DNA from: Nitrospirota bacterium
GTDB taxonomy: Bacteria; Nitrospirota; Thermodesulfovibrionia; Thermodesulfovibrionales; UBA9159
DNA length: 64,000 bases
Direction of reading: 5' to 3'
Assembly (NCBI GenBank): GCA_023475105.1
Contig: JAMCWJ010000076.1
Location: 4,951 to 68,950, forward strand
The notes under the pieces are model-generated. The model ran no database searches. It was not told the origin of the DNA and worked only from the letters and a program-made list of their open reading frames with translations. The position numbers and the translations under genes were made by a program. This document shows, piece after piece, positions 9,187 through 17,154 of this stretch (the first letter of the stretch is position 1; each line of letters starts with the position of its first letter).

Positions 9187-10235
9187 TTCTTTGTCTCCTT
9201 CACCTTAACTGCGCCGAAGACCTTTGACTTAAAGCCCCTGTCGATGATCGGAGCAAAGCAGTTCATGATGAGGATCGCAAACATCACGCCTTCGGGATAT
9301 CCGCCCTTCAGCCTGATGAGCATCGTCAGCGCGCCGCAACCTATCCCGAATACGATCTGGCCTTTTCTCACCGTGGGGCACGTAACATAGTCGGTTGCCA
9401 TGAAAAATGCCCCGAGAAGCATACCACCGCTGATGAGGTGAAGAATGGGGTCGCCCGCAAAGAAGAGCATCGTGCCCGTCTGAGGGTCTTTGCCTCCGAA
9501 CACCCACGCGAGAAGGGCAGCGGTGCCCAGAAACGAAACCGGGATGTGCCACGTGATGTAACGCTTGAACAGGAGGAATAACGCTCCTATCAGCAAGGCA
9601 ATGGCCGATGTCTCCCCGATCGAACCGGCCCTGTGCCCGACGAGCAGCTGTGTATAGAGGTTCATCTTGTCGCCGAACACTTCCACCAGTTTCCCGACCC
9701 CTTCTTCCTTCAGTATCCCGAGGGGAGTCGCCGTCGTCTTGGCGTCCATGCCGAGAAATGCAGCCGTCGGCTGAATCCATATCGTCATCAGCTTCGGGAA
9801 GGATATGAGAAGAAAGGCCCTCCCGATGAGCGCGGGATTGAAAATGTTATATCCGAGGCCGCCGAACAACTGCTTCGTGATCACCACCGCAACAAACGAG
9901 CCTATTATCGGGACGTGCACGGTGAAGGGATGAAAGGACCAGAGCGAAGCGGGGAGGTTCAGTCCGAGAAGAAGCCCTGTGAGGACCGCGCTCCCGTCAC
10001 CGACGGTGACCTTCCTTTTCAGCGCTCTTTCAAACAGGTACTCTGAGAGAACGGCGGTGATGACGCACAGAGCGGTGACCAGGGCGGCCTTCGGACCGAA
10101 AAAATACACGCCCATCACGAGAGCGGGCAGCAGGCTCAGATTCACGCTCCACATGATGCGGCTGACCGATTCTTCGCTCTTCACGTGGGGGCTGACCGCA
10201 ACAATCAGCCGCTGCTCTCTCTCCGTCATCTCCAT
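9183..10235 (-). CDS. rnfD: Rnf complex subunit D
   Basis: 350-aa polytopic protein with GAFFMATDYVT, which is RnfD/NqrB-like. The start overlaps rnfG by 4 nt. Confidence 0.9.
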   Translation of the reverse strand: MEMTEREQRLIVAVSPHVKSEESVSRIMWSVNLSLLPALVMGVYFFGPKAALVTALCVITAVLSEYLFERALKRKVTVGDGSAVLTGLLLGLNLPASLWSFHPFTVHVPIIGSFVAVVITKQLFGGLGYNIFNPALIGRAFLLISFPKLMTIWIQPTAAFLGMDAKTTATPLGILKEEGVGKLVEVFGDKMNLYTQLLVGHRAGSIGETSAIALLIGALFLLFKRYITWHIPVSFLGTAALLAWVFGGKDPQTGTMLFFAGDPILHLISGGMLLGAFFMATDYVTCPTVRKGQIVFGIGCGALTMLIRLKGGYPEGVMFAILIMNCFAPIIDRGFKSKVFGAVKVKETKK

Positions 10236-10257
10236 GCATCACCTCGTATCGTATCTC

Positions 10258-11562
10258 TCATGGTTTGGTCATGGACTTCGCCAGTCTCACGAGTTGCACA
10301 ATCGGCCTTTTCGAAGGGCAGACAAAGGCGCAGGAGCCGCACTCAAAGCAATCGAAGAGATGATACTCCTTTGCTTCTTCATAGCGACCCTTCTCCGAAA
10401 GAACGCTCAGCATCGAAGGCATCAGGCCCATCGGACAGACGTCGACGCATCTGCCGCATCTGATGCACGGTGCGAAGTCCTCGGCGTGGACAACCCCCTC
10501 TTCGGGGATGACGAGTATTCCCGAGGTGCCTTTCGTAACCGGAACATCGAGAGAAGAGAGCGCAAAACCCATCATCGGCCCTCCCGCCACGACCTTCCCC
10601 ATCCCGTCCTTAAGGCCTCCGCACTCCTTCACAAGCTCGGAGACGAGGGTCCCGATCCTCGCCATAAGATTGGAGGGATTCTGTATGCCTTCTCCCGTCA
10701 CGGTCACGACTCTTTCTATGAGCGGTTTTCCGTACCGCACCGCTTCGTAGACGGCAAAGGCGGTCCCGACGTTCTGCACGACCACTTTCACATCCATGGG
10801 CAGCCCTCTGGGAGGGACTTCCCTTCCGGTGGTCGCCTTGATCAGCATCTTCTCCGCGCCCTGGGGATATTTCACTTCGAGAGCGCATACCTCGATGCCA
10901 GGTTCACCCTGAGCGGCCTCTTTCATCTTTGCTATCGCATCGGGCTTGTTGTCCTCGATGCCAACAAACCCCCTCTTCACGCCTAGAACTTTCATGAGGA
11001 TCTTCAGTCCTTCGATCACTTCCCGGGGTTTTTCGATCATAAGCCGGTAGTCTGCGGTGAGGTATGGCTCGCATTCGGCGCCGTTGATGATAACGGTATC
11101 GACGGGTTTTTCTTTGGGGGGCGAGAGTTTCACGGCTGTCGGGAAGGCCGCGCCGCCGAGGCCGACGATCCCCGCGGTCTTGATTTTCTCTTTCAGCTCC
11201 TCAGGCGAAAGGCTCAGATAATCCGGATGGTCCCTCAGAGCGGTCCACTCCTCTTTTCCGTCGTTTTCTATCACCACGGAAGTGACCATCCTTCCCATGG
11301 CGTTGGGGAATTCCCCTATGGCGCTCACCTTCCCTGAGACCGATGCATGGACGGGAGACGAAACAAAGCCCGCGGGCTCCCCTATCAGTTCGCCCTTTTT
11401 GACTTCCTGGTTTATCGAGACGACCGGCTTGCAAGGGGCGCCGACATGCTGACTCAGGGGAACGACGACTCTTTTCGGAACATGAGCTTCTGCGATGGGA
11501 CGGTCTTTCGCCAGTTCCTTCTTGTCGGGCGGATGTATCCCGCCCCTGAATGTCAAGCCCAT
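10258..11562 (-). CDS. rnfC: Rnf complex subunit C
   Basis: GLGGAAFPT nucleotide/FMN motif and two C-terminal 4Fe-4S motifs (CIRCGRCVDVCP, CFECGSCAFVCP). AGGAGG lies 8 nt upstream of the ATG. Confidence 0.9.
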   Translation of the reverse strand: MGLTFRGGIHPPDKKELAKDRPIAEAHVPKRVVVPLSQHVGAPCKPVVSINQEVKKGELIGEPAGFVSSPVHASVSGKVSAIGEFPNAMGRMVTSVVIENDGKEEWTALRDHPDYLSLSPEELKEKIKTAGIVGLGGAAFPTAVKLSPPKEKPVDTVIINGAECEPYLTADYRLMIEKPREVIEGLKILMKVLGVKRGFVGIEDNKPDAIAKMKEAAQGEPGIEVCALEVKYPQGAEKMLIKATTGREVPPRGLPMDVKVVVQNVGTAFAVYEAVRYGKPLIERVVTVTGEGIQNPSNLMARIGTLVSELVKECGGLKDGMGKVVAGGPMMGFALSSLDVPVTKGTSGILVIPEEGVVHAEDFAPCIRCGRCVDVCPMGLMPSMLSVLSEKGRYEEAKEYHLFDCFECGSCAFVCPSKRPIVQLVRLAKSMTKP

Positions 11563-11783
11563 GAAGGGTTCCTCCTGTCCGACTACTTCATCCCCCCACT
11601 CAGGTCCGGGGGGGTTGCAGTGGACCCTAAAAATCGCGCTGGAAGACTAAAAAGATTTTAAGTAATAACATGATAGTCACCGAGATGTCAAGTGACATGT
11701 ACATCCATAAGAAAATTAAATAGTGTTTCATTCTTTTCCGGCAACGCGTTACGTCATTGCGGCGCAAGCGCCGTATCTCCTTA

Positions 11784-11813
11784 TTGACAACCAGGCCTTT
11801 CCGACGCTATGGT
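11784..11813 (+). promoter_or_regulatory. sigma70-like promoter candidate (TTGACA-N18-TATGGT)
   Basis: TTGACA is at 11784..11789 and TATGGT at 11808..11813. The -10 element ends only 8 nt before the ATG at 11822, and no SD is visible. Confidence 0.3.
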
Positions 11814-11821
11814 ATGTTCCA

Positions 11822-12790
11822 ATGAAAAGATTCTTGCTGCGTTCTTTTGCCGTCTGTTTTTTTCTCTTCTCCGTCCCCGCTTCAGCCCTGTGCTTCGGGG
11901 GGCCCCTCCAGGTAAAGAACCACTTTCCCCTCTTCCTCCATCTCAACGCACCCTATCTCGAGGCGGCAGCCTACGACAATTCCTTTTCTTTCAACGTTTC
12001 TTATTCGAGCGTTTATATGGTCAGAGATTCCGCTGCGTGGTCGGTAAACCTCGACATGGAAGCGGCGGAACTTGATGTGCGGTTCAGGAAAGAGGTCTTC
12101 AATCTCTTCGAGCTCGGCATCGAAGTCCCCTTTCTAAGCTTCAACAGCGGGTTTCTGGATGACGCCTTGAGCAGCTATCACAGGGCCTTCGGCTTTTCCG
12201 ACTACGGAAGAAGCGGCAGGCCGGCCAATCAGTTCCTCTACGAGGTGAGGAGAGACGGCAGCCGGGTCCTGACAGGCGAAGGCGGAGGGGTCGGAATCGG
12301 AGATATCAGGATAACGGCAAAACGGGCACTCCTGAGCGGAGATCCTGCTGTCAGTCTGATGGCAGACATAGAACTCCCCACAGGAAATGCCTCAAAAGGA
12401 TACGGCAACGGAAGTTTCGACACCGGTATCGCCCTTCTCGCGGACAAGGAACTCACCGAAAGACTTAAGGCTTATGCGAACCTCGGCATAGCTTTTCCCG
12501 GTCATCTGAGGGGGAGCGAAACGCTCAGAGTCAAGGAATTCGTCTATGGCGGAATCTGCATCGAGTTCCAGCCCTGGAGGAATTTCGGCCTTCTGGCACA
12601 GCTGTTCGCGCAGAACTCCCCGTTCCCCAAGACCGGAATCGGTTCTCTGGACCGTCCGGCCGTTCTTCTCACCCTCGGGGGGAGGTACTACTCCGGCAAG
12701 AACAGTTTTGAACTCTCTTTCACCGAAGACCCCAACACATCGGGTGCCCCTGACTTTACCGTATCTGTCGGGTTCAAGAAGTCGTTCTGA
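11822..12790 (+). CDS. DUF3187-like outer-membrane beta-barrel protein
   Basis: Signal peptide MKRFLLRSFAVCFFLFSVPASA, alternating beta-strand pattern and a C-terminal aromatic residue (…GFKKSF). The family assignment is from memory of DUF3187 and has not been searched. Confidence 0.5.
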   Translation: MKRFLLRSFAVCFFLFSVPASALCFGGPLQVKNHFPLFLHLNAPYLEAAAYDNSFSFNVSYSSVYMVRDSAAWSVNLDMEAAELDVRFRKEVFNLFELGIEVPFLSFNSGFLDDALSSYHRAFGFSDYGRSGRPANQFLYEVRRDGSRVLTGEGGGVGIGDIRITAKRALLSGDPAVSLMADIELPTGNASKGYGNGSFDTGIALLADKELTERLKAYANLGIAFPGHLRGSETLRVKEFVYGGICIEFQPWRNFGLLAQLFAQNSPFPKTGIGSLDRPAVLLTLGGRYYSGKNSFELSFTEDPNTSGAPDFTVSVGFKKSF

Positions 12791-12864
12791 CCCGTTCCCG
12801 TTTTGCCCCATTGACTTTTCATGATCGCAAGGGTCGCACGCTTTTCCCTAAACTCAACTATACT

Positions 12865-13344
12865 ATGGATATGAAACGGTCCCGGACCCTTCAAACCATG
12901 CTTTTTTCCCTTCTCGCTGCTGTCCCGGTCCTCGTTTCCGCAGCAGGGCCGGAGGCCGGGCGCTGGGAAATGATCGGGAAAAGCAGGACAGGGACCTGCT
13001 GGTATGTTGACATCGAGACGCCGGCCCGCGGGCGCGGCGACCCTGTCTCGTTTTGGTTGAAGAGCGTTCCGGACAAGGCATCTTCCGGTCTTCCGGAGGA
13101 CGCGGAACAGACCGAGGATATCCTGAAAAGGATCCAGGAGAGATATTTCGGCGACTATGAATATACTGAGGCCCTGTGGGAACTGAGTTGCACAAGACCT
13201 GCTTTCAGAATTCTGTATTTCTGCGCGTATGACGTGACCGGGGCACCGATTTTTTCCCGTCTCACGCCCGATGCCGAATGGTCCCTCATCCTGCCGGGAA
13301 GCGTCGGAGAAATTATTTTCGAAGCCCTTTGCCGGCACGATTGA
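12865..13344 (+). CDS. hypothetical exported protein
   Basis: An internal ATG gives the signal peptide MDMKRSRTLQTMLFSLLAAVPVLVSAAG. No domain recognised. Confidence 0.45.
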   Translation: MDMKRSRTLQTMLFSLLAAVPVLVSAAGPEAGRWEMIGKSRTGTCWYVDIETPARGRGDPVSFWLKSVPDKASSGLPEDAEQTEDILKRIQERYFGDYEYTEALWELSCTRPAFRILYFCAYDVTGAPIFSRLTPDAEWSLILPGSVGEIIFEALCRHD

Positions 13345-13374
13345 GCGTGAGACCCCGTTGTTCAGAGGGCACGC

Positions 13375-15063
13375 TTACCCCTTAAGCCTTCTGAGTCCCT
13401 CCGCGGCCCTTTTATCGGAGGGGTCGCATTTCAGCGCCCTCTCGAACGCAGTCCTTGCCCTTGCCCCGAAGCCGAGTTTCAGGTAAAGATGGCCGAGTTC
13501 CGCGCCGTATTTCGCATTCGTGGGATCGAGTTCCAGGGCCTTCTTAAAAGACCCTTCTGCCGGCTTCATCTTCTTACAGTTAAGGAAGGCCATGCCCAGA
13601 TAATGGTGATATTCCGGCTCCGTACCGTCGAGATACACGGCCTGCCCAAAAAACGTGGCGGCCTCTTCGTACCGGCCCGCGCTGAAGAGAAGCAGGCCTT
13701 CCTTTGCCCTCGACTTCGCCAAGTCTCTGTTGGTTTCACTCTGAGACTTTTCTTTGCTCACCGGGGCCTCGCTTCGCGGAGGTTTCCTGGTGCCGTACAG
13801 TTCCCGGTACGCCTCATTGATGCAGGAGAACACAACGTGCACCTTTTCCCTCAATGAATCGGACGCGAAGCGGAGATAACGGTCGGGATGGAACTCCTTC
13901 GCCATCTTGTGATAGGCGCGCTTTATTTCTTCGGCGGAGGCGCCCTCATCCACATCGAGAATCCGGTGGTAGCCCAGGGATCTATGCTCCCTGTAGATTC
14001 TCTCCATTCTTTCGAGCAGGACCTGAGGGATTTCCTCTTCCGGCTGTCCCTTCCCCTCCTCCCTTGAGCGAGGAACCTCGCTCTCCTGCCGTCCCGAGTT
14101 TTCGACAGCCTGAATTGCATAGAGAGCAGAGAGCGTGCGGAGAGTCTCGGCCTCATGAAAGGACGAAAGTGAAAGGATCTCCCTCACTGTGCGCCTGCCA
14201 TTGATGAGGGAACATACTTCCTTGCCGTCTTCGTCCAATGCGGTTCCCGCCAACACGGCTGCAGAGTCGGGCGGGAAGCAGAGCACCGCATCCGCCGGAA
14301 GACGGTTCCTCATGGTACCTTCCGGCCTCTTTCCTGCTTTGAGGCCACGGTAGATAAGGTTTTCCATCCTGAGCATGAAGGTTATCCCCTTATTTTCGGG
14401 CACCGGCGCTTCAGTGAATACGAAGCTGCCGCGGTCAACACCAAAGAGGGCCAGCGCTATTTCTTCCGCCTGCTTCCGTACCGCGGCCGACAACTCCGCA
14501 GCCGAGAGGTTGCCGAGCCCGACAAGAACAGCACCGGGATGCCTGCCCGTTTTTTTCGATGCATCAAGGGCCCGGCGGTACTGATCGGAAGTTATCCTCC
14601 CTGAACCGAGAAGGATTTCCCCGATGTCCCGGTATCCTTGAAGGGACGGGGGAAGCACGAGGGCGCCTTCCCGGAAGAAGATCTCATTGATCGGCAATTC
14701 CACAGTTAACCTCAGAACCCCTGTCCTCCTCGTCTTCTGTATGCCGAGAAAGAGATCCGAAAGCCGGTGGTGAGTGAGGTTTCCCCGCAGGGGCCCTGCC
14801 AAATCGATTCCTGCCCACATCCCTTCGGGCGCGCTCCTGCTCCAGATCACCCTGCCCCGGGTATCAACGTCGAGGTCTCTGATTGTGAGGTATACGGAGG
14901 AAGGACCGGGAGCCACGGCGTCTCTGATGAGAACGCCTACGCCGGAGAGGGAGAAATCGCCGACCTTCGCCCTGAACCTTCTTCCCGAAACCACTACGTC
15001 GGAGTCCAGGCTGGCCCTCTGTCTCAGGAAGATCCTCCTGTTCGAGCGATCCGGAGCACTCAT
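13375..15063 (-). CDS. PilZ / DUF4388-like / J-domain / TPR multidomain protein
   Basis: N-terminal PilZ motifs RIFLR (RxxxR) and DFSLSG (DxSxxG). Central J-domain YHRILDV...KEFHPDRY with an intact HPD. C-terminal TPR repeats. Confidence 0.75.
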   Translation of the reverse strand: MSAPDRSNRRIFLRQRASLDSDVVVSGRRFRAKVGDFSLSGVGVLIRDAVAPGPSSVYLTIRDLDVDTRGRVIWSRSAPEGMWAGIDLAGPLRGNLTHHRLSDLFLGIQKTRRTGVLRLTVELPINEIFFREGALVLPPSLQGYRDIGEILLGSGRITSDQYRRALDASKKTGRHPGAVLVGLGNLSAAELSAAVRKQAEEIALALFGVDRGSFVFTEAPVPENKGITFMLRMENLIYRGLKAGKRPEGTMRNRLPADAVLCFPPDSAAVLAGTALDEDGKEVCSLINGRRTVREILSLSSFHEAETLRTLSALYAIQAVENSGRQESEVPRSREEGKGQPEEEIPQVLLERMERIYREHRSLGYHRILDVDEGASAEEIKRAYHKMAKEFHPDRYLRFASDSLREKVHVVFSCINEAYRELYGTRKPPRSEAPVSKEKSQSETNRDLAKSRAKEGLLLFSAGRYEEAATFFGQAVYLDGTEPEYHHYLGMAFLNCKKMKPAEGSFKKALELDPTNAKYGAELGHLYLKLGFGARARTAFERALKCDPSDKRAAEGLRRLKG

Positions 15064-15203
15064 TAAAAAAATATTACCAGCTGAATCGCCGGGAGGTCAA
15101 TACGGCACACGCTGATTTTTCCCTGCGCTCCATGGTATGCTATTCGGTGAAAAGACAGTTTGCTGCCGTATTGCAGCGCATTCTCATGCAGAAGGAGTTT
15201 CAA

Positions 15204-15518
15204 ATGAAAAAGGTTCTGTCGGTATTCTTTATCCTTTCCGTCTTTGCCTTTTGGATCCTCGGCCAGAGCGTGCACGCCGGAACTCAGGATGCAGCCCCGA
15301 TATCGGGCAAGGTAGTGGAGACCATGAACAGCGGCGGATACACGTATGCACTCGTCGAGAAGGAAGGGAAGAAGACCTGGGTGGCTGTCCCGAAGATGAC
15401 GATCACCAAGGGTCAGAGTGTCTCTTTCAAGCCGGGGGTCGAGATGGTGAATTTCAGAAGCAAGACCCTCAACCGCACGTTCGAGAGCATCATCTTCTCC
15501 GCAGGGGCGATCAAGTAA
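15204..15518 (+). CDS. hypothetical small exported protein
   Basis: ATG at 15204 follows GAAGGAG. Signal peptide MKKVLSVFFILSVFAFWILGQSVHA. The mature part is about 80 aa with no recognised domain. Confidence 0.5.
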   Translation: MKKVLSVFFILSVFAFWILGQSVHAGTQDAAPISGKVVETMNSGGYTYALVEKEGKKTWVAVPKMTITKGQSVSFKPGVEMVNFRSKTLNRTFESIIFSAGAIK

Positions 15519-15529
15519 CAGGGACCGGA

Positions 15530-15582
15530 GGTCGGCGGGAGAAGGACCCGTTCTTTCCCTGTGTATCCCGCTCCCGCCGACC
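15530..15582. terminator. long hairpin between convergent genes (candidate bidirectional terminator)
   Basis: Perfect 12-nt arms GGTCGGCGGGAG (15530..15541) and CTCCCGCCGACC (15571..15582), separated by 29 nt. Confidence 0.4.
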
Positions 15583-15590
15583 GTCGCGTG

Positions 15591-15770
15591 TTATTCGATG
15601 TTGAATACGGCGACTTCCTTGATGCCGGGGAGGTACTCGCCCACGGGCACCAGTTTCTTTCCCTCGTCGACGCAGCCGACAATGATCGTCCAGAGTTGGT
15701 TCAGTTCATCCCTCTCCTTTTCGTTCTCAGGTGTCATTCGGATCAGCGTGCCGTCAAGTTCGATTCTCAT
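15591..15770 (-). CDS. hypothetical 59-aa protein
   Basis: An internal ATG preceded by GGAGGGAACGGT gives MRIELDGTLIRMTPENEKERDELNQLW.... It is on the same strand as the HD-GYP gene, about 245 nt downstream. No domain recognised. Confidence 0.35.
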   Translation of the reverse strand: MRIELDGTLIRMTPENEKERDELNQLWTIIVGCVDEGKKLVPVGEYLPGIKEVAVFNIE

Positions 15771-16016
15771 ACCGTTCCCTCCTTTTCTCTTTTCCTCTTT
15801 CAGTGTAGCCCATCCTGAGATTAATACAACGTGCCCGTCGAGTCTTCCTCGTCCCCCTCGCCTCCGAAGGGCCGCCGCACCCTCGCTCGCAAGTGCGTCC
15901 ACAATGCGATATAATGATTTTCGGATGAAAGGAGGCCAGGCACTGACAAACAATACGGGCCGTTTTTCAATATGAAGGGGCTGCGATAACTTTCACCCTG
16001 CGCCGGAGGAACCTCC

Positions 16017-17153
16017 TTATCTTCCGCCTTCGCCTGATGCCTCCTCTTTCAAGGAGAGGGCGACAACTTTCGAGAAGTGCTCTATAAGAAAGGGATTGAA
16101 CTCCTTCCCCGCGCCCTGCTCCATAAGCGAAACCATTCCGGCGATGCCGCCTTCGTTTCCGGCGCGCCTGTTCCGCATCGAATCGAGAAAGTCGGCGATT
16201 GCGATAATCTGGGTGAAAAGATGCTGCCGCCTTTCCTTTCCGGCCATCCCGGGATAGCCCTGCCCGTCATACCGCCGGTGATGTTCCAGCGCAACCAGCG
16301 GGGCGACGCGTGTAAGGCCCTTGTTCCTTGCAAGGTACCGAGCTCCGTAGACGGTATGACGCCGCAGTTCCTCCCACTCCTGCTCCTTCAGGGCTCCCTC
16401 TTTCTCTCCTACACCGCCCCGCAGGAACAGTTTCCCTACGTCGTGAAGGAGCGCCGCGATCCCGATGTCATACAGCAACTCGTCCTTTGCGCCGAGCGTC
16501 TCGGCCTGGTACATCGAGAGGACCGCCACGTTCACCGCGTGCGTGTAGGCGTGTTCCATCGGAAAAGGGACGGGCCGCAGGAGTTTGAGGAAATCCGTCT
16601 TCTTCCTGAGGGCCGAGATAAAGTTGTTGACGATCTCTTCGACACCCGCAACGTTCAGTCTCCCACGAGACGCGATGCCGTGGTAGAGGGTTTTGGTCCT
16701 TTCGACCTGAAGGGATGCAAGAAGGGAAAGCCCCTCGGCATCGATTTTGACTTCAGGGCCGAGACTCGCGAGCCGTACTTCGACGGTACCGGTTCTTATG
16801 TGGGAAAGCTGTCTGATTTCTCCGTCAGGCTCCGCCATACCCGCAATAAACTGCCTCAATTCCGGAAACGCTACGCCGTTGAGAAAACCGACACGGGAAA
16901 TCCCCTTCCTTTTGAGGCGCCTCACCAGATTGGCGCCATGGATGCCGGCGTCTCTGAGCGGCGTTTTGTTCACGATGAGGTCATCCTCCACCCTTATCAC
17001 CTCGACGCCGCCGGTCTCGGCAACCCACTGCTCCAGAAGAAGAAAGGCCTTTCTCGCAAGCTCTTCCACTATCTCATGCTCCGCGGAATACAGGGAACAA
17101 TTCGAAAGGGCGGAGGTAAAGGCGGTCACGAAAGCTCTTGCGGTCTCCGTCAT
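16017..17153 (-). CDS. HD-GYP domain protein (c-di-GMP phosphodiesterase family) with an N-terminal domain of unknown function
   Basis: HDVGK and HHRRYDGQGYP motifs. The start lies 1 nt after the stop of the upstream HEAT-repeat gene. Confidence 0.8.
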   Translation of the reverse strand: MTETARAFVTAFTSALSNCSLYSAEHEIVEELARKAFLLLEQWVAETGGVEVIRVEDDLIVNKTPLRDAGIHGANLVRRLKRKGISRVGFLNGVAFPELRQFIAGMAEPDGEIRQLSHIRTGTVEVRLASLGPEVKIDAEGLSLLASLQVERTKTLYHGIASRGRLNVAGVEEIVNNFISALRKKTDFLKLLRPVPFPMEHAYTHAVNVAVLSMYQAETLGAKDELLYDIGIAALLHDVGKLFLRGGVGEKEGALKEQEWEELRRHTVYGARYLARNKGLTRVAPLVALEHHRRYDGQGYPGMAGKERRQHLFTQIIAIADFLDSMRNRRAGNEGGIAGMVSLMEQGAGKEFNPFLIEHFSKVVALSLKEEASGEGGR

Positions 17154-17154
17154 A

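Noticed and set aside
12594-12609. Sigma54-like element TGGCAC-N5-TTCGC.
   Set aside because: It lies inside the DUF3187-like coding region, the -12 element is imperfect (TTCGC rather than TTGCA/T), and no downstream gene start is nearby.
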